Shown: positions 9,672-19,490 of the stretch, piece after piece
Numbering within the stretch: position 1 is the first letter of the stretch
How the letters are laid out: every line of letters starts with the position of its first letter
Origin: an uncultured Chloroflexia bacterium
Lineage (GTDB): Bacteria > Chloroflexota > Limnocylindria > Limnocylindrales > CSP1-4
NCBI GenBank assembly: GCA_963713975.1
Contig: OY970218.1
Location: 1,536,001 to 1,600,000 of the forward strand
Direction: 5' to 3'
Length of the DNA stretch: 64,000 nt
Position numbers and translations under genes: made by a program
Notes under the pieces: model-generated
What the model was told of the DNA's origin: nothing
Database searches by the model: none
Seen by the model: the letters and a program-made list of their open reading frames with translations, nothing else

Positions 9672-10849
9672 GCGAGGTCAACCTCCTTCTCGAGAAGCTC
9701 CGCGTCTTCGGCGGCAGCGGTGAATGCGAGCAACAGGCGGGCGGCGTCGTCGCCATCCAGGTAGCGGTGGTCCACGTTCAGCGTGGCGAAGAAGGTCTCC
9801 CGGACCGACAGCACGCCGTCGGCGACCCACGGACGAGGCATGACGCGACCCACGGTCAGGAGACTCATCTGGCCGAGGGCGATCACGCCTGTGAAGCTGT
9901 CGATCCCCTGCGCGCCCAGGTTGGACAGCGTGGACCGCGGGGGCTGGAGGAGGTCGGCCGGCAGAAGACGGCCATCTCTGGCACGCGCTACCGCCGCCAT
10001 CCGCTCACGCCGGAGCCCGCCGAGGTCGAGCGCCAGCACGCCGCGGATCACAGGGATCGCGACACCGTGCGGGGTCGCGACGGCGACCCCGACGTCGACC
10101 GCTCCCGGCTCGCCGCCCTCGCGGAGTGCGAGCGCCAGGGCACGCAGCATGAGATCGGTCAGGCTGGGACGATCCTGATCATCGACCCATCGTCGGCGCA
10201 GGGCATGCAGCGCGGAGGCATCGACCTCGCGTGCAACCGCGAAGTGCGGGATCGTCTGCCACGACTCGGACACCTTCGCGGCGATCAGGTCGCGGTGTTT
10301 GCCGGCGGCCCTGCCGGAAGCGGCGGTACCGGGCACGGGAGCTGTGGTGGAGTCCGCCCCGGTGTTGGTGCCTGCGTTCGTAGGCGTGGCACCCTGGGCA
10401 AGCTCGCGCTCACGGGCAAGCCGCCGCTCCCGCGGGCTGAGCCGGTTGGGGGCCCGCTGTCCCGGCACCGCCTCGACATCCGCGGCAGCTGCCTGCGGCG
10501 CGGCGTCGCTATCCGTGCTCGGTCCGGGAGCGGGCGCATGGACGTCGGCGACAGGCACGACCGGTGCGGCCGCTTGCGACAGGTCCACGAGCGGGGCTGC
10601 CTCGTCGCCCGGCTCGAGGACGTGCGTCATCTCGACGCCGACCGGGACCACGGCGCCGGGCTCGAAGAGCTGCGGCCCGAGGACGCCGTCGACCGGGCTC
10701 TCGACCTCGACCGTCGTCTTGTCGGTCTCAATCTCCATGATGGGTTCGCCCTTGCCAACGGCGTCGCCCGGCGCCTTCAGCCACTGCAGCAGGAGACCCT
10801 CGCTCATCGCGACGCCGAGCGCCGGCATCACAACTGGCTTCACACCCAC
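9668..10849 (-). CDS. Dihydrolipoamide acyltransferase E2
   Basis: Lipoyl domain EIETDKTTVEV, Ala/Pro linker, IPHF, catalytic DHRYLDG. Confidence 0.88.
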   Translation of the reverse strand: MGVKPVVMPALGVAMSEGLLLQWLKAPGDAVGKGEPIMEIETDKTTVEVESPVDGVLGPQLFEPGAVVPVGVEMTHVLEPGDEAAPLVDLSQAAAPVVPVADVHAPAPGPSTDSDAAPQAAAADVEAVPGQRAPNRLSPRERRLARERELAQGATPTNAGTNTGADSTTAPVPGTAASGRAAGKHRDLIAAKVSESWQTIPHFAVAREVDASALHALRRRWVDDQDRPSLTDLMLRALALALREGGEPGAVDVGVAVATPHGVAIPVIRGVLALDLGGLRRERMAAVARARDGRLLPADLLQPPRSTLSNLGAQGIDSFTGVIALGQMSLLTVGRVMPRPWVADGVLSVRETFFATLNVDHRYLDGDDAARLLLAFTAAAEDAELLEKEVDLA

Positions 10850-10931
10850 CTCCCGTCGGCTGAGCCCGCGCCCTGCCCGCTTTGGCGGCAGTGCCGGCCG
10901 TCCGTTGCGCCTGGACTTTCGATCTACGATA

Positions 10932-10951
10932 GTACTTCATATACGAAGTAC
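10932..10951. promoter_or_regulatory. Near-perfect palindrome, putative GntR operator in divergent promoter region
   Basis: GTACTTCATATACGAAGTAC (one mismatch), AT-rich, between E2 and the GntR gene; TATACT -10-like box at 10973-10978. Confidence 0.65.
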
Positions 10952-11019
10952 CTATCCGGTCGTCGATAGGGCTATACTGCCGAGAACCCACTCGGTCCCT
11001 CTACCCAACGAGTCTGCCA

Positions 11020-11808
11020 GTGAATGCATTTCGCGCAGGCGCAGCCCTCCAGGGATCGAGCGTCGCTCTCGGTCTGCGAACGCGTCAAGCCGCGATCTAC
11101 GACGCCCTCACCCGCATGATCGGAGAGCTCGAGTTCGCGCCCGGGTCCCGCCTCGTGGAGGCGGACCTCGCGGCTCACTTCCAGATGTCCAAGACGCCCA
11201 TCCGAGAGGCGCTGCTGCTCCTCCAGGCGGATGGTCTCGTCCAGCTCGAGCCGTACCACGGCGCCACCGTCACCTGGCTGTCCATCCAGGAGTACGAGGA
11301 GCTGCTGTTCATCCAGGATTCGCTGGAACAGCCGGCGCTGCCGCGCATCGCCGCGCGGATCACCCGCCGCGACTGCGACGACCTGGGTCGCCTCGTGCGG
11401 CGGCTCGAGCGACGTCGCAAGGATCACGACAGCCGCGGGTTCTTCGAGGACTCGTCCCTGATGCACGAGCGGCTCCTCGACCTGGCGGGCCTGGCCCGGC
11501 TCGGCCACCTCGTGATGTCCCTGATCACCAACCCGGGGCGGCGCTACGAACGCGTCTTCCTGCACCAGATCGATGACGTCTGGGACACTGAGCTCGGGAT
11601 CCTCCGCGACCGGTTCGAGGGTCTCCGCGACGGCGATCCGGAGGCGGCGTCGGCGAGCGTCCGACGCGGGCGGAAAACGATGCTGGAGCAGGTCCGCAGT
11701 CGTCTCGACCACCCGGCGATTGCCCCGTACCTCGCACCATCCGCCACGCTCCCGCGTCCTCGGAAGACGCCGGCGCGCAGGAAGGCCGCGAGCGCCGTCG
11801 CGAAGTAG
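11020..11808 (+). CDS. GntR family regulator (FCD domain)
   Basis: wHTH PGSRLVEADLAAHFQMSKTPIREAL followed by helical FCD-like domain. Confidence 0.9.
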   Translation: MNAFRAGAALQGSSVALGLRTRQAAIYDALTRMIGELEFAPGSRLVEADLAAHFQMSKTPIREALLLLQADGLVQLEPYHGATVTWLSIQEYEELLFIQDSLEQPALPRIAARITRRDCDDLGRLVRRLERRRKDHDSRGFFEDSSLMHERLLDLAGLARLGHLVMSLITNPGRRYERVFLHQIDDVWDTELGILRDRFEGLRDGDPEAASASVRRGRKTMLEQVRSRLDHPAIAPYLAPSATLPRPRKTPARRKAASAVAK

Positions 11809-11852
11809 GCGGGCAGCCCCCGCGCGGGTGACGGGCAGCCCCGACCGCGGCG

Positions 11853-13076
11853 TCAGGACATCGCTGACGAGCTGCGGACCCGCACGTCGTCTGCGGAACG
11901 AAACCCGTCCCGAAGGGCGGCCCCATGACCAGGCCGGTCCTGTGGGCGCAACCGGCCCGCCTCGAACGCCGGCATGCCTTCGACGATCTCCTCGTACCAG
12001 CCGAAGTAGTAGGCCCGGACCATCTCCTGAAGGAGTGCGTTCTCCGCGTGCACGCAGAGGTGGACGCCGACCGCGAGGGTGACCGGCCCGGTGCAGTCAT
12101 GGGGCATGAACGGGCGCAGGTAGATGGCCGCGAAGTCGGCAACCTTGCGGGCGACCGTCACCCCGCCGACCCAGGAGGGGTCCGTCATGATGATCCCGAC
12201 GCCCGCCTTCTCGAGCAGCTCCCGGTACGGGAACGGACTGCCGAGGTTCTCGCTCGCAACCGTTGGGATCGTTGTCGAGCGCACGAACTCGGCAAGCACA
12301 TCGATGTTGTCCATGGGGATCGGGTCCTCGATCCACATCGGGCGGTACGCTTCGGCCGCTCGTGCGATCTGCACGGCCGCGGGCAGGCTCCACCGCCCGT
12401 GCAGCTCGAGCGCGACCTCGATCCGGTCCCCGTGACTGTCACGGATCCGGCGGAGGGGCTCGAGCCCCTTGTCGATGTCGCGGGGGTGGATCCACGTGCC
12501 GCCGGTCTCCACGGCCAGTTCGTCGAACGGCCAGATCTTCATGACCCGGAAGCCCATCTCGAGGAGGCTGTCCGCAAGCGCCTCGGGCTCATGCTGGAAC
12601 GCCCGCAGATCCTCATACTGTCGCCCGGGCGTCACCTTCCCGAAGAGCCTGTCGCCCGGAACCGCCTGGGCCCGACCATACTCGGGTCCGCCACAGGTGT
12701 TGTAGGCGGCGATGTCCGGGCGGGCCGCTCCACCGAGCGACTCCCACATCGGCTGACCGCGGCGCTTGCCGGCGAGATCCCAGAGCGCGATGTCGATGGC
12801 GGACGCACCACGTGCCTCGGCGCCGATCCCGCTGCGGCCCCAGTAGCGGTAGAGGGCGGCCCAGTGGCGCGGGATGTCCCGGGCGTCCTGCCCGAGGAGG
12901 TATGGGGCGGCCGTCTCGTGGATGTACCCCGTCACGGCCTGGGCGCCGAAGTAGGTCTCACCCAGGCCGATCAGGCCATCGGCAGTCTCGATCTCGACGA
13001 AGACGAGGTTCGGGTATCGGTCCGCGACAAGCGTCGAGACCCGGGCGATGGAGGTCAGCAGGCCTGACACGAGCAT
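11853..13076 (-). CDS. Mandelate racemase/muconate lactonizing enzyme family (probable acid-sugar dehydratase)
   Basis: GLIGLGET, SAIDIALWDL, MKIWPFD, ELHG, WIEDP, SENL, PHDC. Confidence 0.9.
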   Translation of the reverse strand: MLVSGLLTSIARVSTLVADRYPNLVFVEIETADGLIGLGETYFGAQAVTGYIHETAAPYLLGQDARDIPRHWAALYRYWGRSGIGAEARGASAIDIALWDLAGKRRGQPMWESLGGAARPDIAAYNTCGGPEYGRAQAVPGDRLFGKVTPGRQYEDLRAFQHEPEALADSLLEMGFRVMKIWPFDELAVETGGTWIHPRDIDKGLEPLRRIRDSHGDRIEVALELHGRWSLPAAVQIARAAEAYRPMWIEDPIPMDNIDVLAEFVRSTTIPTVASENLGSPFPYRELLEKAGVGIIMTDPSWVGGVTVARKVADFAAIYLRPFMPHDCTGPVTLAVGVHLCVHAENALLQEMVRAYYFGWYEEIVEGMPAFEAGRLRPQDRPGHGAALRDGFRSADDVRVRSSSAMS

Positions 13077-13206
13077 CTCCAGACGCGATCGGAGGGTCGC
13101 AGATCCACGCGGTGATCAGATACGATACATGATGCGCTCGGGTGGGCTCCGGGTCCGCCGGCGCGCGGCCATCTCACCGGTTGTCCGGTGCATCGAGGAG
13201 GCGTTC

Positions 13207-14070
13207 ATGCTGCTCATCGAGGCGATCCCGCAGGCGTCGGGACTGGGCTTTCCGGAGGGCCCGCTCGTCCTTCCGGACGGGCGCCTCGCGTTCGTCGAGG
13301 AGTACGGCGGATGCGTGTCCGTGCTCGAGGACGGCCGGGTCACGTGCCTCGCCCAGGTCGGTGGCAATCCCAACGGGCTGGCGCTGGGCCCCGACGGCCG
13401 GATCTACGTCACGCGTGGCCGCGGGGCGGTGGGGAACTGGCGCGCGGACCCGCCGGTGACGCCCGCCATCGTCGCGGTCGACCCCGCGACCGGCGCCTGG
13501 GATGTCGTCACGACCACCGCCAGCGGCCGGCCCCTTCGCGCGCCAAACGACCTGTGCTTCGGGCCCGACGGGATGCTCTACTTCACCGACCCCGACGACT
13601 TCGACCCGGCCGCGGACTTCCACGGCTGGATCTGCCGCACGGGCCCGGCCGGGACCGAACTGGTCCACGAGCTCGGCAACACGTTCCCCAATGGCCTGGC
13701 GTTCGATCCCGCAGGACGCCTGGTGTGGATGGAGTCGCACACGAAGCGCGTCATCGGTGCGACGCCCGACGGCGGCTGGGAGACCCTCGCGCAGCTCGGC
13801 GACGAGACGACACCGGACGGCTGCGCCTATGCGGCCGACGGCCGGCTTGCCGTGGCGACCCTGTTCTCGGGTGGCCTCGAGATCGTCGAGTGGACGTCGG
13901 ATGGCGCCAAGCTCGACCGGATCACGTGGGCCGAGGGCGTCGTCCTCACGAATTGCTGCTTCGACGGCAGCTCGATTTGGGTCACCGACGTCGGCAGCGA
14001 CTGGGACAAGTCGCACGACTCCGGGAAGCTCTGGAAGCTCGAGACGACGCTCACGGGCCTGCCGCTCTAG
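13207..14070 (+). CDS. SMP-30/gluconolactonase family protein
   Basis: FPEGP, PNG, APNDL, FPNGL, PDG propeller motifs; SD GAGGAG upstream. Confidence 0.9.
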   Translation: MLLIEAIPQASGLGFPEGPLVLPDGRLAFVEEYGGCVSVLEDGRVTCLAQVGGNPNGLALGPDGRIYVTRGRGAVGNWRADPPVTPAIVAVDPATGAWDVVTTTASGRPLRAPNDLCFGPDGMLYFTDPDDFDPAADFHGWICRTGPAGTELVHELGNTFPNGLAFDPAGRLVWMESHTKRVIGATPDGGWETLAQLGDETTPDGCAYAADGRLAVATLFSGGLEIVEWTSDGAKLDRITWAEGVVLTNCCFDGSSIWVTDVGSDWDKSHDSGKLWKLETTLTGLPL

Positions 14071-14157
14071 GTCAATCGCCCGGGGGCGGTCCGCCGGGAC
14101 GCGCCGTCGCGATCGAGGCAGCCCCGGCGCACCCGCCAGCGCAGATGTCTCGCGCCG

Positions 14158-14940
14158 TCAGGCTGGGTCCTGCGCCAGGTAGTCGTGCAGGACGCATCCG
14201 CCGACCAGGTCGAACTCGGCTCGCCAGTGGTAGCCGTCGAGGAACTCGAGGACCGGCAGCCGGTACATCGGCACGGCCGCGTTCGGCCGGATCTCGACCG
14301 TCCCCGGGCCGGACCAGCATTCGATGACGCGGATGTTCTCCAGGTTGCGCGCCACGAGCTGTCGGATCGCGATCGTGCCGTCCATGTTGGGGATCAGCTT
14401 GAGGTTGATGTTGGTGACCATGTCGACGCGCGAACGGAGCTCGTCGAATGAGCCAGGGCGCTGCTTGTAGGGAAGGGTGCCCGTGAGGACCTCGATCCCG
14501 TTCGCGAACACCGTCCCGACCACCAGGTCGCCTCTCGTCTCGAGGTCGACGACGGCCGCGCGCTTGGGTTGCCCCTGGACCTCCCGGCCCAGGGCGATCG
14601 CACGGTCGCTGTCGAGGAAGAACCAGGGCGAGTAGCAGCCGGTCACGACGCCCTGCGCCGTATCAAGCCGCACCCCGACCATGACGTTGCACTCGTGGAT
14701 CCCGGCGCCAATGCCCGGCACATCGCCCATGCGGGCGACGTGCAGCAGTACCGAGTCACCGGTTGGTTCGAGCGGCTCCGGTACCAGCCGCCGGATCGCG
14801 GCCGGGTCCGTCCGGTACTCGAGCGTGAGTAGCTCGATGTCCCGGAACGGGATCGGATACCGCGGATACAGCGGGGCATCGAGCGGAGTCGACCACGCGC
14901 CTCGGGCGTCGAGCCGCTCGTCGTGGCTGCCCCTCGTCAT
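14158..14940 (-). CDS. Acetoacetate decarboxylase-like protein
   Basis: YRTDP..VPEPL, GREVQGQPK (Schiff-base Lys), NLKLIP, WSGP. Confidence 0.85.
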   Translation of the reverse strand: MTRGSHDERLDARGAWSTPLDAPLYPRYPIPFRDIELLTLEYRTDPAAIRRLVPEPLEPTGDSVLLHVARMGDVPGIGAGIHECNVMVGVRLDTAQGVVTGCYSPWFFLDSDRAIALGREVQGQPKRAAVVDLETRGDLVVGTVFANGIEVLTGTLPYKQRPGSFDELRSRVDMVTNINLKLIPNMDGTIAIRQLVARNLENIRVIECWSGPGTVEIRPNAAVPMYRLPVLEFLDGYHWRAEFDLVGGCVLHDYLAQDPA

Positions 14941-15012
14941 CTGGCACCTCCTCGATGTGGGGCGGGACGCCCGCCCAGACTACTGCCTTGCTGCGCCGTC
15001 GCCGGCGCGCCG

Positions 15013-16230
15013 TCAGCGCCCGCGCAGGCGGGCATGCTCCGGGGTGAGCTCGTCGATCGACGATGCACCGAGCAACTTCATCGTCCGGATCATCCCCCGC
15101 TGCATGATCTCGGTCGCTCGCTCCACGCCGCGCTCGCCGCCGGCCATGAGGCCGTACAGGTACGCCCGGCCGATCAGGCAGGCTCGGGCGCCAATCGCGA
15201 CGGCCGCGATGACGTCGGCGCCGGACATGACCCCGCCGTCCATGAACACCTCCGCTCGTCCACCCACGGACTCGAGGACGCGCGGCAGCTGCTCGAGCGG
15301 GGTCACCACCCGATCCAGCTGGCGGCCACCGTGGTTCGACACAATGACAGCGTCCGCGCCACGCTCGACCACCGCGAGCGCATCGGCGGGGTGCTGCAGT
15401 CCCTTCACCACGAGGCTGCCGGGCCACAGGCCCCGCAGCCACTCGATGTCGTCAAGGGTGAGGGACGGGTTGAACACGCGGTCCATCAGATCCGCGGCTG
15501 TCCCGTGGAACCCTCGCGGCGTCGCAAACTGGAGCGGCTCGGTCGTCAGCAGGTTGAACCACCAGCCCGGATGCACCGCGATGTCCGCGATCGTCCCGAC
15601 GCGTAGGGATGGTGGGATCGTGAAGCCGCTCCGGATGTCGCGCAGCCGGGCTCCTCCGGCGGGCGTGTCGGCAGTGAGGATCAACGTGCCAAAGCCAGCG
15701 TCGCGGGCCCGGAGGACGAGCTCCTGGCTGATGCCTCGATCGCGCCAGACGTAGAGCTGGAACCAGTGGCTTCCGCCCGGATCCCCCTGCGCCAAGGCCT
15801 CCGGCGTGGTCGTGCCCACCGTCCCGAGGGCGTAAGGGATGCCTGCGCGATGGGCGACCCGCGCAACGGCCACCTCTCCCTCGTGGTGCATCAGCCTCGT
15901 GAACCCGGTCGGCGCGAACACGAGTGGCATCGCCGCTGGACGACCCAGGATCGTGGTGGCGGGGCTCGCGTTCGATACGTCGCGGAGGACGCGCGGCATG
16001 AACTCGACCGAGTCGAAGGCCGCTCGAGACCGCGCCAGGCTCAGCTCACGTTCCGCGCCCCCGTCAACGTAGTCGAACACGGCACGCGGTGTGTGGCGCC
16101 TCGCCAGCTTGCGCAGGTCGTCGATGCTTGCGGCGCCCGAGAGCCGGCGGTCCACCGCCGAGCCGCGGATCGGCTCCAGCTGGAGAAATGGGCTGAGATC
16201 CGCCCAGCGCGGGATTCGTCGTCGTGTCAC
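15013..16230 (-). CDS. FMN-dependent alpha-hydroxy acid dehydrogenase (LldD-like)
   Basis: FDYVDGGA, APTG, WFQLY, SNHGGRQLD, DGGV, GRAYLYGL; GTG start behind GGAGG (alternative start 16305). Confidence 0.9.
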   Translation of the reverse strand: MTRRRIPRWADLSPFLQLEPIRGSAVDRRLSGAASIDDLRKLARRHTPRAVFDYVDGGAERELSLARSRAAFDSVEFMPRVLRDVSNASPATTILGRPAAMPLVFAPTGFTRLMHHEGEVAVARVAHRAGIPYALGTVGTTTPEALAQGDPGGSHWFQLYVWRDRGISQELVLRARDAGFGTLILTADTPAGGARLRDIRSGFTIPPSLRVGTIADIAVHPGWWFNLLTTEPLQFATPRGFHGTAADLMDRVFNPSLTLDDIEWLRGLWPGSLVVKGLQHPADALAVVERGADAVIVSNHGGRQLDRVVTPLEQLPRVLESVGGRAEVFMDGGVMSGADVIAAVAIGARACLIGRAYLYGLMAGGERGVERATEIMQRGMIRTMKLLGASSIDELTPEHARLRGR

Positions 16231-16325
16231 TTGCCCTCCATCGGCTCGTGCTCCTCGGCGAGTCTGCCGATCATCCGGCTGCCGAGAAGACTGCGCGATT
16301 GTCACCTCCGCTGTCTCGAGCCTGG

Positions 16326-17078
16326 TCAGTGCATCACGAAGCCGCCCGAGACGTTGACATCCTCGCCCGTGACGAAGGCGGCGCCCGGACCGAGCAGGAA
16401 CTCGATCACCGTAGCGATCTCTTCGGCCGTGGCGGGTCGTCCCACCGGGGCCGACGCGCTCCTCGCCTCGAATCGGAGCATCTCCGGGGCGCCGATCTCG
16501 TGCAGGTGCGCGTCGACGGTCTCGTACATTGGGGTTGCCACGACTCCCGGGCAGACCGCGTTCACGCGGATGGCGGGGGCCAGGGCCACGGCCGCGCTCC
16601 GGGTCAGGCTCACCACCGCCGCCTTGCTCGCGTTGTAGGAGACGGTGTACGGCCCGGGGATCTTGGCCGCCATGGACGCCAGGTTGACCACGCTCGAACC
16701 GTGGGCGGCGCGGAGCAGGGGCAGCGCGGCGCGAATCATTAGGTAGGACCCGATGACGTTCACGCGGTACGACCGTTCCCAGTCGGATACGGAATGCTGG
16801 TCGAACGGTGCAACGGGGATGATCCCGGCACAGTTCACGAGCCCGTCGAGGCGATCGGTTTGCGCGGCGACCTGCTTGATGGACGCGCCGACGCTCGTCT
16901 CGTCGCCGACATCGCAGACGAGCGTCTGGACCGCCTCCAGCCCCGGATAGCCCAGGACTCGCTCGAGACGTTCGGCATGGTGGTCGAGCGCCCAGACCCG
17001 GTGCCCCGCTGCCGCGAGGCGGTGCGCAACGGCGAGCCCGATCCCGCTCGCCGCGCCGGTCACGAGGTACTCACCCAT
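16326..17078 (-). CDS. SDR family oxidoreductase
   Basis: TGAASGIG, NCAG, YNASK, VNAVCPG. Confidence 0.9.
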   Translation of the reverse strand: MGEYLVTGAASGIGLAVAHRLAAAGHRVWALDHHAERLERVLGYPGLEAVQTLVCDVGDETSVGASIKQVAAQTDRLDGLVNCAGIIPVAPFDQHSVSDWERSYRVNVIGSYLMIRAALPLLRAAHGSSVVNLASMAAKIPGPYTVSYNASKAAVVSLTRSAAVALAPAIRVNAVCPGVVATPMYETVDAHLHEIGAPEMLRFEARSASAPVGRPATAEEIATVIEFLLGPGAAFVTGEDVNVSGGFVMH

Positions 17079-17133
17079 CACCGCTCCCCGCCTATCCTTC
17101 GCGCGGCCGCCGGCCGCCGGCCGCCGGCTCTGC

Positions 17134-18402
17134 TCATCGAACCTGCTCGCCGTGGTACGCCGCGTCCAGCACCTCGATCGGGTGCCTGACGATGATGGGC
17201 GCTCCGATGTCACCGAGGCCCGCCTGGATCTGCATCGCGCAACCCGGATTCCCAGCCAGCACGGCGCCACAGCCGGTGGCCGCGACATTGGCGGCCTTCT
17301 CACGCATGAGCGCATCCGCGGTAGCCGGCTCGAACACGTTGTACAGGCCCGCCGACCCGCAACACCGGGCACCCTCGACAATCTCGACCAGGGCAAGCCC
17401 GGGAACGGCCGCCATCACGGCGCGAGCCGCTCCGGCCACGCGCTGGGCGTTCAGCAGGTGGCAAGGATCGTGGTATGCGGCCGCCGCGAGGGGGCGTCCC
17501 TCCGGGGGCTCCCATCCCTGCTCCTCGAGGAACTCGAACACATCCCGAACCTTGCTCGCGACGGCGTCCGCTCCGTCGAAGCCCGCATACTCCTTCATGT
17601 GGGCGCTGCACCCTGCTGCGTTGACCACGATCCAGTCCACGCCCGCGTCGCGCATGACGGCGACGAGGCTCCTTGCCATCCCGTGGGCGGCATCGAGCGA
17701 GCCGTAGTGTGCGGTGAGTGCGCCGCAGCATCCCTGCCGTGGGACGAGGACGCGCCAGCCGTTCCGGTTGAGGACGCGGATCGTCGCCTCGTTGACCGAG
17801 CGGAACCAGCGGTCCTGGATGCACCCTGAGAGCATGGCGACGGTTCCCCGGATCGGGCCGTCGGGCTCGGAGATGCGCGGTAGCGGCTGCGCCAGGTCAC
17901 GAAGACGGATCCGCGGGACCAGACGCTTGAGCCGGCGGGGAAGCAGCGGCCGAACGACAGGCAGCGTGGCGGATGCGGCGGTGATCATCCACGGTCGTCC
18001 GAGCGCGATGTCGACGCCCAGCTTCCGCGCGATCCGCCACGACAAGCTCCGGCCGCCGCGCGCCTGGTGCCGCGCCGCATCAAGCATTCGCCCGTAGGGC
18101 ACGAGCGAGGGGCAGGCTGTCTCGCATGCTCGACAGCCGAGGCACTCGTCCATCAGCTGCGCGAACCGGGCGTCCACCGGCCGGAAACCCTCGTCCACGG
18201 CGCGCATCGCTGCGATCCGGCCACGGGGCGATGAGGTCTCGTCGCCCGTGAGCCGGAACGTCGGGCAGTGCGGCAGGCAGAGCCCGCAGCCGACGCAGAG
18301 GGCGATGTCGCCCGGATCGGGTGCATGGCCCAGATGCCACGCCGGGAGCGAACCATGTTCCCGTCCGATGAAGCGGACGCCGTCGGGAAGAGCGTTGCTC
18401 AT
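17134..18402 (-). CDS. glcF: Glycolate oxidase Fe-S subunit-like (GlcF)
   Basis: CVGCGLCLPHCP, CLGCRACETACP, two CCG domains, YHDPCHL. Confidence 0.85.
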   Translation of the reverse strand: MSNALPDGVRFIGREHGSLPAWHLGHAPDPGDIALCVGCGLCLPHCPTFRLTGDETSSPRGRIAAMRAVDEGFRPVDARFAQLMDECLGCRACETACPSLVPYGRMLDAARHQARGGRSLSWRIARKLGVDIALGRPWMITAASATLPVVRPLLPRRLKRLVPRIRLRDLAQPLPRISEPDGPIRGTVAMLSGCIQDRWFRSVNEATIRVLNRNGWRVLVPRQGCCGALTAHYGSLDAAHGMARSLVAVMRDAGVDWIVVNAAGCSAHMKEYAGFDGADAVASKVRDVFEFLEEQGWEPPEGRPLAAAAYHDPCHLLNAQRVAGAARAVMAAVPGLALVEIVEGARCCGSAGLYNVFEPATADALMREKAANVAATGCGAVLAGNPGCAMQIQAGLGDIGAPIIVRHPIEVLDAAYHGEQVR

Positions 18403-19490
18403 CTGGCGATCCAGCGGGCGAGGTGCGGAAACGTGCCCTCGGGGTCGAAGGCTGCCTTGATGCCCTCGGCGATGCCCGTGTCGTCGCTTGCGGGCGCGGA
18501 CTCGTGCCAGGCGGGCCATCCCGGCTGCGAGATCAGTGTGGCGTGCCCACCGGTCTCCATCGCTGCCCTGCATCCGGCGCCGAGGTCCGACACGCTGTCG
18601 CCGCCGATCCACAGCAGCCCGGTCGAGAGCAGCGCCGCCCAGCGCGGGCCGCCGAACCGGGCGACGCACACCTCGATGGCGGATGGCCGGACGGTTAGCA
18701 TCGCTGCGGCCGGCCATTCAGTCCACGGGCGCCGCTTCGGGAAGGCCCCTGGGGCGTCGTCGATCTCGCCGCCGAGTCGTTCCGCGAGCATCGCCGCATC
18801 GGACGCCACGTCGTCCGGCCAGCCTTCCAGGAGGACCTCGAAGCGCGAGCTGTCCACGATCGCCGCGGTCAGCACACGCGCCCGTCGGGCGGCGACGGCC
18901 GCGGCACCGAGGTCGATTGTGCCGGCCCGGACCACCGCCCGCGCGCGCGGCCGTGGCCTAACTCGAAGGTGGGCCCTGGTGATCACACCCAGCGTTCCAC
19001 GGGACCCGACGAGCAGCCGCACGAGGTCGAGCCCGGTCGAGTTCTTGACGGTTCGACCCCCAACGCGGATCAGCCTGCCCCGGCCATCGACCAGCTCGAA
19101 CCCCAGGACGGAGTCGCGGAGCGGCCCGGTGGCGAAGCGGCGGACCGATGAGGCACCGCTCGCGATCGCTCCGCCGACCGTCGATCCGGGCGCCATGTCC
19201 GCGCACCATTCCTGGCCGTGCGTGGCGAGCGCCGCATCGAGCTCCTCTACCGTGAGCCCCACCTCGACCGTGGCCACCAGCTCGGCGGGATCGTAGGCGA
19301 CGACGCTGTGCAGGCGGGCGGCGAGGGAGACGCGCAGCGCGTTGCCCGGCTCGACTCCGCCGTGCGTGCCTCCGCCGACGGCAACGACCTGGATCCGATC
19401 GCGCGCCGCGTCCCGGACCAGGGATGCGAGGTCCGCGACCGATGCCGGCTGCACGACGCGACCCGCTTCCTGCGCCGCCTGCGAGCTCAT
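18399..19490 (-). CDS. glcE: Glycolate oxidase FAD-binding subunit-like (GlcE)
   Basis: VGGGT, STVGG, GGRTVKNSTGLDL..GSRGTLGVIT, AFDP; ATGA overlaps at both ends. Confidence 0.8.
   Translation of the reverse strand: MSSQAAQEAGRVVQPASVADLASLVRDAARDRIQVVAVGGGTHGGVEPGNALRVSLAARLHSVVAYDPAELVATVEVGLTVEELDAALATHGQEWCADMAPGSTVGGAIASGASSVRRFATGPLRDSVLGFELVDGRGRLIRVGGRTVKNSTGLDLVRLLVGSRGTLGVITRAHLRVRPRPRARAVVRAGTIDLGAAAVAARRARVLTAAIVDSSRFEVLLEGWPDDVASDAAMLAERLGGEIDDAPGAFPKRRPWTEWPAAAMLTVRPSAIEVCVARFGGPRWAALLSTGLLWIGGDSVSDLGAGCRAAMETGGHATLISQPGWPAWHESAPASDDTGIAEGIKAAFDPEGTFPHLARWIAR

Noticed and set aside
11809-11852. Short CGGGCAGCCCC direct repeat between convergent genes
   Set aside because: Too short and GC-rich to be significant
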